DNA of 63,274 nt from Clostridia bacterium (GCA_045643205.1 JAZUKI010000008.1:1-63274); one strand, 5' to 3'; shown: positions 7,284 through 17,477, counted from the stretch's first letter. The notes: generated from the sequence alone by a model not told the origin. Made by a program: numbers and translations.

Positions 7284-7538
7284 ATGAAAAAAACTATAAT
7301 TGTAGAAGGACCTAAAGGAATGCGGGCGATATCTGAGATTACATTACAAATTTTAGAAGTTTGTGGTGTTAAAGATGAAATAAAAATTAAAAGCTCAGAT
7401 GATATTAATTATAAAATCTCAATCAAAAAAGGCATAGAAGTCATTCAAATTGAAGTAAAGAATGTGCATCTAAATAAAGATGTTAGAGATTTTTTAATTA
7501 CTCTGCAAGCAAATCTTCATGAGAGGTCAGAAAATTAA
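7284..7538 (+). CDS. Small hypothetical protein (84 aa)
   Basis: RBS GGAGGT before ATG 7284; flanked by promoter and terminator. Confidence 0.7.
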   Translation: MKKTIIVEGPKGMRAISEITLQILEVCGVKDEIKIKSSDDINYKISIKKGIEVIQIEVKNVHLNKDVRDFLITLQANLHERSEN

Positions 7539-7560
7539 TTTTTTTCATTTTATGATGTAG

Positions 7561-7590
7561 AGAAGTGGAATAATAATTCCACTTCTTTTT
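7561..7590 (+). terminator. Intrinsic terminator
   Basis: AGAAGTGGAA/TTCCACTTCT plus T-run. Confidence 0.85.
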
Positions 7591-7695
7591 TATTTTTATA
7601 TTTCAGTTTGGTGTCATTTGTGTTGATATTAGTGAAATTTTTAATTTGCAATGCTATAATCTCAATGCAAATTTATATTTTTTTAGGAGGACAAA

Positions 7696-8583
7696 ATGGA
7701 TTTAGAAAAACTTCAAGTAATGAAAGATGGAAGAGGATTTATTGCTGCTCTTGACCAAAGTGGAGGATCAAGTGCTAAGACTTTATTAAGATATGGTATT
7801 AGTGAAGATAGTTATTCAACAGAAGAAGAAATGTTTAATCTTATTCATGAAATGAGAAAAAGAGTTTTTACAAGTTCAGTTTTCAATAATGAACATATAG
7901 TTGGTGCTATTTTGTTCTATAAAACTATGATGGGAAAAGTTGATGATGAATTTACAGCTGATTATTTATGGAACAAGAAACACATTGTTTCTTTCTTAAA
8001 GGTAGATAAGGGATTAGAAGAAGAGACTAACGGAGTTAAGCTAATGAAAGAAATTCCTGACTTAGATGAGCAACTTGCTGAAGCAAATAGCAAAAATGTT
8101 TTTGGAACAAAGATGAGAAGTGTTATTTATTCTGCAAATGAAGAAGGAATCGCTGCAATTGTAGATCAACAATTCGCATTTGCAAAACGTATCTGCGATG
8201 CTGGTTTAGTTCCTATTATTGAACCAGAAGTTGATATTAATGCAGTTGATAAAGTAGAATGCGAAACAATATTAAAACAAAAAATTGAAGAAAAATTAGC
8301 TACATGGAATGAAGATGATTTAATTATGTTTAAATTTACAATTCCAACAGAAGCAAATAAATATTTAAGTTTATATGATAACAAAGCTGTTGTTAAAATT
8401 GTAGCACTTTCAGGTGGATATGAATTAGATGTAGCTTGCGATTTATTAAGCAAAAACGAAAACATGATTGCAAGTTTCTCAAGGGCTTTACTTGGAGGAC
8501 TTACAGCACAACAATCACAAGAAGATTTTGATAATACACTAAACGAAACAATTATGAAAATCTATACAGCTTCAATTGAGTAG
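7696..8583 (+). CDS. fda: Class I fructose-bisphosphate aldolase (Staphylococcus Fda type)
   Basis: GFIAALDQSGGS, FLKVDKGL, GTKMRSVI, PIIEPEV, VALSGGY, ASFSRAL. Confidence 0.95.
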   Translation: MDLEKLQVMKDGRGFIAALDQSGGSSAKTLLRYGISEDSYSTEEEMFNLIHEMRKRVFTSSVFNNEHIVGAILFYKTMMGKVDDEFTADYLWNKKHIVSFLKVDKGLEEETNGVKLMKEIPDLDEQLAEANSKNVFGTKMRSVIYSANEEGIAAIVDQQFAFAKRICDAGLVPIIEPEVDINAVDKVECETILKQKIEEKLATWNEDDLIMFKFTIPTEANKYLSLYDNKAVVKIVALSGGYELDVACDLLSKNENMIASFSRALLGGLTAQQSQEDFDNTLNETIMKIYTASIE

Positions 8584-8617
8584 TTAAATAATTAATAAAA
8601 ATAAACGAAAACGAAAA

Positions 8618-8670
8618 TAAAAGAACCCTTATAAAATGGAAAAAATTTCATTTCATAAGGGTCCTTTTTA
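8618..8670. terminator. Bidirectional terminator between fda and the convergent orphan
   Basis: ACCCTTAT..AAATG / CATTT..ATAAGGGT long imperfect stem. Confidence 0.7.
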
Positions 8671-8694
8671 GTTGTAATTATACAAACTAAAGTA

Positions 8695-9072
8695 CTATGC
8701 GTAATTTTTTTTAGGCGGAATAGCTTTAAAAAATGCAAACCACTCGTTTCTAAAAGCTTCTGAAAATTCAGGGGTTGCAATTTGATCTACTATCTGTGGA
8801 AAGTTATTAATATTTTTTAAAATTTGATCTTTCCACTTTATCAATTCATTTGGCAACTTTGGATTATTTGGTTCAAAGCTATTATGTCCAGATTCTATGT
8901 CACATTTCATCAAATGGACGAACATTACAAGGTCGAGTGAATCTACTGTGTCAGGTACATAATTTCCTAAATGTTTGATGAATGAAAATAAATATCCATC
9001 AATAGGATCTTTACAAAGTCTGTTCGCATGTAAAAGCGAATTCCTTGCATTAAAAAATTTCATTTGTTTCAT
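8695..9072 (-). CDS. Hypothetical protein (~125 aa orphan)
   Basis: RBS GGAGGT before ATG at 9072; promoter TTGACA-16 bp-TATAAT at about 9151-9178 on the minus strand. Confidence 0.7.
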   Translation of the reverse strand: MKQMKFFNARNSLLHANRLCKDPIDGYLFSFIKHLGNYVPDTVDSLDLVMFVHLMKCDIESGHNSFEPNNPKLPNELIKWKDQILKNINNFPQIVDQIATPEFSEAFRNEWFAFFKAIPPKKNYA

Positions 9073-9209
9073 TTTTAATACCTCCGTAGTTAGTTTATTT
9101 TTGTGAATCATGAAACAAAAGCATAGTTAAAACGCAACTAGCTGCACACGATTATAGCAAATTTACATAATTTGTCAATTGCCAAAGTTTACATTTTTTA
9201 TACAACAAA

Positions 9210-9236
9210 AAAACAACCAGAAAAATCTGGTTGTTT
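9210..9236 (-). terminator. Terminator after tRNA-Leu
   Basis: AAACAACCAGA/TCTGGTTGTTT with T-run on the minus strand. Confidence 0.8.
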
Positions 9237-9241
9237 TAAAT

Positions 9242-9325
9242 TGGTGCGGATGAAGGGACTCGAACCCCCACACACGAAGTACTGGTTCCTAAGACCAGCG
9301 CGTCTACCAATTCCGCCACATCCGC
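9242..9325 (-). tRNA. tRNA-Leu (anticodon TAG)
   Basis: GCGGATGTGGCGGAATTGGTAGACGCG..CTGGT-CT TAG GA-ACCAG, long variable arm, GGTTCGAGTCC, CCA. Confidence 0.96.
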
Positions 9326-9476
9326 ATATGTTTTTGACAAGAATTATAATACTCTTATTATCACTAAAAGTCAAGTATAACATTAAATTTATGTTGAAAA
9401 AATATATTTATTATTATAAAATTGTCATGAATTAAGAATTGCGTATCTAGTATTTGATACATGAAAGGAATAAACA

Positions 9477-9719
9477 ATGAAACAAAAATTTCTTAAGGAT
9501 ATTGGCATCGATATAGATGATGAAACAAAAGATCTTATTAAGCAATTTGATTTAACAGGATATATGGATCAAATTAGTGATGATCGTTTAAAAGAAGAAG
9601 AAAAAGCTGTTGAAGAACAAACAGAAAAAATTGAAACAGCCGATGAAATAAAAAATGACAAAACTGATGTAGCTGACGAAGAAACTGAAACAGCCGACAA
9701 AGAAAATACTGAGGAATAG
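9477..9719 (+). CDS. Small acidic hypothetical protein
   Basis: RBS AAAGGA; E/D/K-rich; closely upstream of rlmD. Confidence 0.6.
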   Translation: MKQKFLKDIGIDIDDETKDLIKQFDLTGYMDQISDDRLKEEEKAVEEQTEKIETADEIKNDKTDVADEETETADKENTEE

Positions 9720-9725
9720 AAATTA

Positions 9726-11048
9726 ATGTTTAACAAAAATGATGAATTTGAAGTAAATATTATAGATTATGGAAGAGATGGAGAAGGTATCGCAAAGGTT
9801 GATAATTTTACACTCTTTATTCCTGGCGCAATGAAAGGTGAGCATTGCAAAATTCATGTTACTAGAGTAAATAAAAATTTTGGCTTTGCAAAACTTGTTG
9901 AGGTTATTGAAAAATCAGAAAAAAGATGTTCACCAGATTGTAAGAGTTTTCCTCGATGTGGGGGATGTTCTTTACGACATATGACATATGATGAAACTTT
10001 AAAAATCAAAAAGTACATTGTTGAAAATTTAGCAAATAAAATGCTTGATCAAGATATTAAAGTTAATGATTGTGTTAGTTGTGAAAAAAATAAGTATTAT
10101 CGAAACAAAGCTATTTATCCAGTTAGCAAAGATGGAATAGTCGGAACGTTTGCTGGTAGATCACATTTTGTATTACCAATTAATGATTGCAAAATTCAAT
10201 CAAAAATTTCACAAAACATTGCAAAACATATTACAACAAATTGGAAGGGAACTTTTTATGATGAAGAAACTAATAAAGGTGAACTTCGAAACATAATGAT
10301 TAGAACTGGAATTAACACTGATGAAGTAATGGTAGTTGTTGTTTTGAATGGAAATGAACTTAAATTTAATGTAGATGAGTTACTAGAACATTATCCACAA
10401 ATCAAAACAATAATTATTAATAAACAAACTGCAAATACAAATGTTATCTTATCAAAAGACAATACTATTGTTTATGGCGAAGGATACATTAAAGATAAAA
10501 TTGGTGATTACATTTTTAAAATTTCACCAAACTCATTTTTTCAAATTAATAATGAGCAGACTGAAAAGTTTTACAAACTAGCAATTGATAATTTAAATTT
10601 AAAGCCAGATGACATTGTATGTGATTTATATTGTGGAATTGGAACTATAGGAATTTCAATTGCTGATAGAGTTAAAAAAGTTTATGGAATTGAAATTGTA
10701 GATGAAGCAATTGATGATGCAAAAGAAAATGCAAAGCTTAATAACATTGATAACATTGAGTTTATCAAGGGAGATTGTGAACAAGCTTTTGAAGAATTAC
10801 TAAAGAAAGAAATTGTTCCAACAGCAATTATTGTTGATCCACCAAGAAGTGGTCTTGATGAAACAACAGTACATAACATCAACAAATTAAAACTTGAAAA
10901 ACTTTCATACATTAGTTGCAATCCAGCAACATTGATGCGTGATTTGCATATGTTAGAAGAAACATATACAATAACAAGTTTGACACCAGTTGATAATTTT
11001 TGCTACAGCTCTAGTATAGAAACAGTAGCAACACTTGAAAGGAAATAA
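9726..11048 (+). CDS. rlmD: 23S rRNA (uracil-C5)-methyltransferase RlmD
   Basis: TRAM domain, CGGC, SFFQIN, DLYCGIGTI, VDPPRSG, ISCNPAT. Confidence 0.92.
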   Translation: MFNKNDEFEVNIIDYGRDGEGIAKVDNFTLFIPGAMKGEHCKIHVTRVNKNFGFAKLVEVIEKSEKRCSPDCKSFPRCGGCSLRHMTYDETLKIKKYIVENLANKMLDQDIKVNDCVSCEKNKYYRNKAIYPVSKDGIVGTFAGRSHFVLPINDCKIQSKISQNIAKHITTNWKGTFYDEETNKGELRNIMIRTGINTDEVMVVVVLNGNELKFNVDELLEHYPQIKTIIINKQTANTNVILSKDNTIVYGEGYIKDKIGDYIFKISPNSFFQINNEQTEKFYKLAIDNLNLKPDDIVCDLYCGIGTIGISIADRVKKVYGIEIVDEAIDDAKENAKLNNIDNIEFIKGDCEQAFEELLKKEIVPTAIIVDPPRSGLDETTVHNINKLKLEKLSYISCNPATLMRDLHMLEETYTITSLTPVDNFCYSSSIETVATLERK

Positions 11049-11050
11049 AA

Positions 11051-11767
11051 ATGATTCTTGAAGAAAGATTTTTAGTTGGAATACAAGATATTGATAAGAA
11101 CGATTTAATTACAAATAAAGCATTTTTTGAAGCGTTTGGAAACTTAGGATGCATTCATTCAAATTTTGCTGGCTCAGGACCTTATCAAATGAAGAAAACT
11201 CATTTGTCATGGTTAGTAATTAATTGGAAGTTAAAAGTTTTTAAACGTCCAAAATATTTTGAACATTACTATGTTAAAACTTGGGCTAGAAACTATGATA
11301 GACTTTATTCTTATCGTGATTATGAAGTATATAATGAATCTAATGAAAGAATTGCAATTTGTACATCAAGATGGATTTTAGTTGATACAGAGAAAAGACA
11401 TTTAGGAAAAATAGAACCTTCTATGATGGCAAATTATCAACCTGAGAAACGTGAAGTTTTCCCAGGATATGAATTTCCTAAGATTGAAGCACCAGAAAAT
11501 ATAATGGTTCAAAAATATTATAATATAAATTCAATGATGATTGATTTTAATAATCATGTACACAATACAAGTTATATTGATTTAGCAGATGAAGTAATAC
11601 CACAAGAAATTTTAAATCAACCAATTAATGATATAGAAATAATTTATAAAAAAGAAATTAAACCTGAGGAAACTGTAAAGTTACAATACTCTGAAATGAA
11701 TGGTAAGAGAATGGTTACAATTAAGAGTGAAGATGAACTTATACAGCATAGCCAAATTATTTTTTAA
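11051..11767 (+). CDS. Acyl-ACP thioesterase
   Basis: Double hotdog pattern, IDFNNHVHNTSY catalytic motif. Confidence 0.85.
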   Translation: MILEERFLVGIQDIDKNDLITNKAFFEAFGNLGCIHSNFAGSGPYQMKKTHLSWLVINWKLKVFKRPKYFEHYYVKTWARNYDRLYSYRDYEVYNESNERIAICTSRWILVDTEKRHLGKIEPSMMANYQPEKREVFPGYEFPKIEAPENIMVQKYYNINSMMIDFNNHVHNTSYIDLADEVIPQEILNQPINDIEIIYKKEIKPEETVKLQYSEMNGKRMVTIKSEDELIQHSQIIF

Positions 11768-11780
11768 TAAGTAAAAAAAG

Positions 11781-11836
11781 AAGATGATATAAATGAAGTG
11801 AAACATATTTAGCTTACTTCAAAAATATCATCTTTT
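11781..11836. terminator. Bidirectional terminator
   Basis: AAGATGATAT/ATATCATCTT and inner GAAGT/ACTTC between convergent genes. Confidence 0.65.
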
Positions 11837-11890
11837 TATTTTGTTCTTAAATAGTTATTTACTATTAATTATTACTATTAATTATTAATA

Positions 11891-12391
11891 TTAATGCATC
11901 ATATTAATTGCACCAAAAATTCCTGCTGTTCCAAGTCCCATAATTATACCTGCACATACAACTCCAAGCATTACTGCGATACAACTCTTTTTGAAATCCA
12001 TATCTAAGAATGATGCTGCAAGAGTTCCTGTCCAAGCACCTGTTCCTGGAATAGGAACACCTACAAATAAAAATAGTGCGAAGTATAAACCTTTGCCAGC
12101 TTTCTTTTTAAGTTTTTCACCACCTTTGTGGCCTTTGTTTAAACAGAATGTAAAAAACTTTCCAATGAATTTTTTATCTTTACCCCATTCAAGTACTTTT
12201 CTTGCAAAGAAGAAAATAAATGGAACAGGTAACATATTCGCAATTACACATACTACATATAAAATTAAAATTTGTTGCCATGATTGGCAAGCAGGGCCCC
12301 AAGCTTCACTTAATCCGATTGGAATAGCTCCTCTTAATTCTATAAGTGGTATCATTGAAAAGAAAAATAGTTTTATTAATTTTGAAATCAT
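11891..12391 (-). CDS. Small multidrug export family membrane protein (COG2426)
   Basis: SMIPLIELRGAIP and FVGVPIPGTGAWTG motifs. Confidence 0.9.
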   Translation of the reverse strand: MISKLIKLFFFSMIPLIELRGAIPIGLSEAWGPACQSWQQILILYVVCVIANMLPVPFIFFFARKVLEWGKDKKFIGKFFTFCLNKGHKGGEKLKKKAGKGLYFALFLFVGVPIPGTGAWTGTLAASFLDMDFKKSCIAVMLGVVCAGIIMGLGTAGIFGAINMMH

Positions 12392-12520
12392 TTTTGTGCT
12401 CCTTTATAAATGTTCTTTGAAAGTATAGCATAAGTAAATAAAAAAGTGCAACATATGTATTTTTACTTTCACTTTTTAAGATAAAATGATATAATTCAAA
12501 AGATTTAAGAAGGAGAAATA

Positions 12521-13462
12521 ATGAATTCAATTATTCAGGCAAAATTAAAATTGCCTATTGATTTTATAAATTACATAGAAGCTAACTTTGGTGAAAGAGT
12601 TGTAAATAATATTCTTTCAGGTATGTGCGAAGCAAGGAACACAACGTTCAGAGTTAATACATTAAAAAGTAACTGCGAAGAAGTTGAGAAGTTTTTAAAT
12701 GAAAATAATGTAAAGTTTGAAAAATGTGAATTTTACGAAAATGCTTATATTGTTTCTAATAAAACAGAAAAAGATATGCTTGATTATGATATTTGCAAAG
12801 ATGGAAAAATTTATTTACAAAGTTTGTCGAGTATGGTGCCACCATTAATTTTAGGTGGTGTGGCTAATGATAAAATTCTTGACATGACATCTGCACCTGG
12901 TAGCAAGACTACTGAAATTGCAGCTTTAAGTAATAATGAAGCAATAATATATGCAAATGAAATTGATAAAATTAGATTTGAAAGATTAAAATATAACATT
13001 GAAAAACAAGGCGCTAACATTGCAGAAGTAATCAATGATGATGGATGTAATTTGGGTGATAAGTATCCTGAAACATTTGATAGAGTTTTACTTGATACTC
13101 CTTGCAGTGGTGAAGGTAGATTTTTATTAAATGAAGCAAGTACTTATTCAAAGTGGTCAACTAAAATGGTTGATGAATTATCAACTCTTCAAATTAAATT
13201 AGTTACAAGTGCTTGCAAAGCCTTAAAAAGCGGTGGCACACTTGTTTATTCTACTTGTACATTGAATAAAAATGAAAATGAAAAGATAGTCGATTATGCT
13301 ATTAAAAATTTAAATATGGAAGTTGCACCAATTGATTTAAAAATAAAAAACAAATTAAATGGTGATGTAAAAGGCTTGGACAAACAAGTTAAAGATACAA
13401 TTAAAATTTTACCAAATAAAAATTTTGAAGGATTTTATTTAGCAAAGTTAATTAAAAAATAA
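12521..13462 (+). CDS. RsmB/NOP (RsmF-like) RNA m5C methyltransferase
   Basis: YLQSLSSM, LDMTSAPGSKT, DTPCSGEG, YSTCT. Confidence 0.9.
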   Translation: MNSIIQAKLKLPIDFINYIEANFGERVVNNILSGMCEARNTTFRVNTLKSNCEEVEKFLNENNVKFEKCEFYENAYIVSNKTEKDMLDYDICKDGKIYLQSLSSMVPPLILGGVANDKILDMTSAPGSKTTEIAALSNNEAIIYANEIDKIRFERLKYNIEKQGANIAEVINDDGCNLGDKYPETFDRVLLDTPCSGEGRFLLNEASTYSKWSTKMVDELSTLQIKLVTSACKALKSGGTLVYSTCTLNKNENEKIVDYAIKNLNMEVAPIDLKIKNKLNGDVKGLDKQVKDTIKILPNKNFEGFYLAKLIKK

Positions 13463-13476
13463 TAGGGGGAAAAAAC

Positions 13477-14052
13477 ATGACAGAAGAAGCAAAGAAAAAT
13501 AAAGAAGAATTTATTAGTTTGTTAAGATCAACAAACAGAGATGGAATTGAAGATTTACTAAATTTTCTTGAAAATTCTGATTTCTATACAGCACCTGCAA
13601 GTACTAGATTTCATGGAAATGTAGAAAGTGGATTATTAAGTCATAGTTTATTAGTTTATAAAATTGTTGCAGAAAAAATGAAACACGTACCAGTTGAAAT
13701 TAATACACCAGATGATTCAATAATTATTAGTGCTTTACTTCATGATATTTGTAAAACAAATTATTATGCAGTTGATTATAGAAATGCAAAGAATGAACTT
13801 GGAGTTTGGGAAAAAGTTCCTTACTATAAAGTTGAAGATACAATACCTTATGGACATGGCGAAAAGTCTGTTATGATGATTACTGAATATATTAAAATGA
13901 CTCCTGAAGAAAAGTATGCGGTTAGATGGCACATGGGATATACAGAACCTAAAGAGTTATATACAACAATTGGTTTAGCTTATTCAAAATATCCTTATGC
14001 TTTAATGCTTCATGAAGCTGATATTGAAGCAACATATTTATTTGATATGTAA
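13477..14052 (+). CDS. HD-domain phosphohydrolase
   Basis: APASTRFH, HS, LLHDICK, GHGEKS, RWHMG, HEAD. Confidence 0.85.
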   Translation: MTEEAKKNKEEFISLLRSTNRDGIEDLLNFLENSDFYTAPASTRFHGNVESGLLSHSLLVYKIVAEKMKHVPVEINTPDDSIIISALLHDICKTNYYAVDYRNAKNELGVWEKVPYYKVEDTIPYGHGEKSVMMITEYIKMTPEEKYAVRWHMGYTEPKELYTTIGLAYSKYPYALMLHEADIEATYLFDM

Positions 14053-14231
14053 TAATTTTTGAATTTTATGATTTTTAAATTTTGATAATAGCAAAATTTT
14101 AAGGTTTGTAAAAGTTTTGATACGTAATAATTATTGAATTGTAAGTACTTTTATGGTATAAATAAGGATGTGATTATACAGGTTTTATAGATTACCAAAA
14201 AATCTAAATAAATTTTAAAGGAAGAAGATCG

Positions 14232-15440
14232 ATGGCAAATATTATAGACATCTTAGAACAAAGAGGATACATTGAACAAGTAACTGATAAAGAAGAATTA
14301 ATAAAAGTTATAGAGAAGGAAAATATTTCTTTCTATATTGGAATTGACCCAACAGCAAATAGTTTACATGTTGGACATTTTGTTAGCTTAATGGTTGCTT
14401 CAATTATGCAAAAACATGGATTAAGACCAGTTATATTAATGGGCGGTGGAACTGCTGCAATTGGTGATCCATCTGGTAAAACAGATATGAGAAAAATGCT
14501 AACTAGAGAAGAAATAGATAGTAACGTTATGGCTATTAAGAAGCAAGTTGAAAAATTTGTTTCTTTTGAGGGAGATAACGGAGCTGTTATTGTAAATAAT
14601 GCTGATTGGTTAGTTGGATTAAATTATATTGATTTCATGAGAGAGATTGGCTCTAAATTTACAATTAGCAGAATGCTTGCAGCAGATTGCTATAAAAACA
14701 GACTTGAAACAGGACTAACATTTTTTGAAATGGGTTACATGTTGATGCAATCTTATGACTTTTTACATTTATACAATGAATTAGGTGTAAAACTTGAAAT
14801 TGGTGGAAACGATCAATGGTCAAATATCATTGGTGGTGTTGAATTAGTTAGAAAATTTAATCATGCTGATGCTTTTGGATTAACATTTAAACTTCTTACA
14901 ACAAAAGAAGGAAAGAAAATGGGTAAAACAGAAAAAGGTGCATTATGGTTAAATCCAGAACTTACAACACCATACGAATTTTATCAATATTGGAGAAATA
15001 TTGGTGATGCAGATGTAAGAAATGTTTTAAAAATGCTTACATATTTACCAGATGATGAAATTATAGAATTAACAAGTGTTGAAGGCGAAGCTATTAATCA
15101 TGCTAAAGAAGTTGCTGCTTATGAAATTACAAAAATTGTTCATGGTGAACAAGCTGCCAAAGAAGCTGAAGAAGCTGCTAAATCATTATTCGGAAATGGA
15201 CAAAACAGTGAGAATGTTCCATCAGTACAAGTTAGTGCTGATTGCTCAATTCTTGATGCAATTATCAGTGCAGGTTTTGCTCCTTCAAAGGGTGAAGCGA
15301 AGAGATTAATTGCTCAAGGTGGAATTACACTTGATGATGAAAAAGTAACAGATATTGCTATGGTTATTACTAGTGAAATACTAGATACAGAGCCTTTATT
15401 AAGAAAAGGAAAGAAAGGTTTCTGCAAATTAGTAAAATAG
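14232..15440 (+). CDS. tyrS: Tyrosine--tRNA ligase
   Basis: GIDPTANSLHVGH (HIGH), GGNDQWSN, KMGKT (KMSKS), C-terminal S4 domain. Confidence 0.97.
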   Translation: MANIIDILEQRGYIEQVTDKEELIKVIEKENISFYIGIDPTANSLHVGHFVSLMVASIMQKHGLRPVILMGGGTAAIGDPSGKTDMRKMLTREEIDSNVMAIKKQVEKFVSFEGDNGAVIVNNADWLVGLNYIDFMREIGSKFTISRMLAADCYKNRLETGLTFFEMGYMLMQSYDFLHLYNELGVKLEIGGNDQWSNIIGGVELVRKFNHADAFGLTFKLLTTKEGKKMGKTEKGALWLNPELTTPYEFYQYWRNIGDADVRNVLKMLTYLPDDEIIELTSVEGEAINHAKEVAAYEITKIVHGEQAAKEAEEAAKSLFGNGQNSENVPSVQVSADCSILDAIISAGFAPSKGEAKRLIAQGGITLDDEKVTDIAMVITSEILDTEPLLRKGKKGFCKLVK

Positions 15441-15656
15441 TTTGACTTTGATATGAGTTTTAAAGGCTATTTTAAAAGATTATTATAATAAATATTTAAA
15501 AGTATAATATATAAATTATAGGTAATAACTTGATTTTATCTATTGTTTATGCTATTATAGAAAAGTGCCCTTAACTTAGTTTTAGGTTAACACACCACTA
15601 AGGCTCAGTTATCGGTAAAATCTAAACTTTGTTTAGAAATTTTTAGGAGGTGTAAA

Positions 15657-15920
15657 ATGACAAAGGAAAGAAAAACAGAAGTTATTGAATCTTATAGAAG
15701 AGATGAGAAAGATACTGGTTCTCCAGAAGTTCAAATCGCTCTATTAACAGAAAGAATCAATGAACTTACAGAACATTTAAAAAATAATCCAAATGACAAT
15801 CATTCAAGAAGAGGATTATTAAAAATGGTAGGTAATAGAAGAAATCTATTAAACTACTTAGCAGACAAAGATATCCAAAGATACAGAGATATCGTTGCAA
15901 AATTAGGATTAAGAAAATAA
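15657..15920 (+). CDS. rpsO: 30S ribosomal protein S15
   Basis: [26 protein letters not shown]. Confidence 0.98.
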   Translation: MTKERKTEVIESYRRDEKDTGSPEVQIALLTERINELTEHLKNNPNDNHSRRGLLKMVGNRRNLLNYLADKDIQRYRDIVAKLGLRK

Positions 15921-15941
15921 TATTTCTACTAATGAATTTTT

Positions 15942-15973
15942 AAGAGAACCTATGATTTCATAGGTTCTCTTTG
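15942..15973 (+). terminator. rpsO terminator
   Basis: AAGAGAACCTATG/CATAGGTTCTCTT. Confidence 0.9.
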
Positions 15974-15998
15974 TACTCTGTAACATAGTTAACATAAA

Positions 15999-16027
15999 TT
16001 GACAAAAATGGAAAAATATAGTAAAAT
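15999..16027 (+). promoter_or_regulatory. Sigma-A promoter of the 448-aa orphan
   Basis: TTGACA-17 bp-TAAAAT. Confidence 0.7.
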
Positions 16028-16076
16028 AAATTGTATTTTGTTGATACGATTTATTTTTTTAGAAGGGGAAAATTAA

Positions 16077-17423
16077 TTGACTGATACTGATTCTACATCA
16101 CAAAAGATAGAAGATTTTAAATATGTTTATAAAGCAGTAATAAATCCATATACTAATAGAGCTGTTGATGAAGTAATTGATGCATTATTTGAGAATGTAA
16201 AATGCAATTATGAGCAATATAAAGATGATATACAAGCAATTCCAGCTACTATGGAAACATATAAATATCATCTAATTAAACCAATAGATAATGGCAACCC
16301 AAGATATCCATTATTAGACTTTTTAATTAATAGAGCTATTTCTAATTTAGATGGAATAAAAACAGATGAAGATCTAGAAAAAAGTATATATTCAGATAGA
16401 AAATTACAATTAGATACAACTGCATATACTATTTATAACAAATATTCAAATGATGCATTACTTTCTAAAGCAAGACAAAAAAATTTATTAAAAGAAACCG
16501 GAAAAGTATTATATAGTTATGATTATATTGATAGTGGAACATTGCATACATCTTTAAGAAATAAGAAACCTAATGAACTTACACCAACTACAAAACTTGG
16601 AAATTTAATAAATGGTTTAAATAAAATTTATTTTAGAATTCAAGATTTTAATGAAGTTAATAAAGCTGTAAAAAATTATGATTGCAATGATTTTAGTAAA
16701 GTTCCATTTGATTCTGAAATATTAGCATTAACTGCAGAAGAATATTATTCAACAAAATTTGCTAATATGTTTGGAAAAGAAAATGAAGAAATGTATAAAC
16801 CATTAGTTTCAGCTTATATAGAAAAAAGTAAAGATACTGAAGGAAGAAAACTAATTGTTTGTACACCTAATTCATTAAATAGATTTGCAGGTGGCGGAAG
16901 ATTTATTTATCATTTAGAAAATTTAGTTAGTAAACCAGCAATGTTTTCTTCAATGTTTTTTGGTACTGATGAAGCTATTAAAGAATTTTCAATTAATTAC
17001 AAAGATTGTATTGAAGAGGTTTTAAATATTTTTGGCGAAAGAGTAAGTGAAGATTTACTAGCTATGCCTGATAAAAAATTAAAAATATTATTAATCAATG
17101 CATGTAATATGACAAAAACAGATATTCCAGAAAAAAATGAACAAAGATATAAATGTCAAATAGCACTTGATAGAATCTTTGTAAATGCATATAAAAAAGC
17201 ACATGAATTACAAATAATTTCTGATAAAGAGTTCGAAGAAATATGCAGAGAATCAAGTAAAATTTCACCTATTATTACAGATAACAATATGAGTAAATCT
17301 CAAGATTCAAAGGCAAAAGCTGAATATAAAGAATTATTGAGAAAAATTAAAGAATCAGATAAATGTAAAGTTACAGAACTTATAAAAAATAGTGAAAAAG
17401 ATGAAGAATTAGAAGTAATGTAA
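16077..17423 (+). CDS. Hypothetical protein (448 aa orphan)
   Basis: RBS AAGGGG, TTG start; long ORF with host-like codon use; no family recognised. Confidence 0.8.
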   Translation: MTDTDSTSQKIEDFKYVYKAVINPYTNRAVDEVIDALFENVKCNYEQYKDDIQAIPATMETYKYHLIKPIDNGNPRYPLLDFLINRAISNLDGIKTDEDLEKSIYSDRKLQLDTTAYTIYNKYSNDALLSKARQKNLLKETGKVLYSYDYIDSGTLHTSLRNKKPNELTPTTKLGNLINGLNKIYFRIQDFNEVNKAVKNYDCNDFSKVPFDSEILALTAEEYYSTKFANMFGKENEEMYKPLVSAYIEKSKDTEGRKLIVCTPNSLNRFAGGGRFIYHLENLVSKPAMFSSMFFGTDEAIKEFSINYKDCIEEVLNIFGERVSEDLLAMPDKKLKILLINACNMTKTDIPEKNEQRYKCQIALDRIFVNAYKKAHELQIISDKEFEEICRESSKISPIITDNNMSKSQDSKAKAEYKELLRKIKESDKCKVTELIKNSEKDEELEVM

Positions 17424-17441
17424 TATTATATAAAAAATTAT

Positions 17442-17477
17442 AAGAATCTAGAATTATTTAGTCTAGATTCTTTTTTT
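17442..17477 (+). terminator. Intrinsic terminator
   Basis: AAGAATCTAGA/TCTAGATTCTT plus T-run. Confidence 0.85.

Noticed and set aside
3883-9325. tRNA-targeted integrative island or prophage
   Set aside because: No integrase and no duplicated tRNA 3' end seen. The RT lies on the tRNA 5' side, and core-like genes (ectB, fda) are interspersed.
9172-9435. ORFs 9172-9435 (+) and 9198-9383 (-)
   Set aside because: Both overlap tRNA-Leu and its terminator; spurious.
15560-15650. S15 autoregulatory leader RNA
   Set aside because: Plausible by position and GC content (TTAGTTTTA/TAAAATCTAA stem), but I could not match it confidently to the Firmicutes model without a covariance search.
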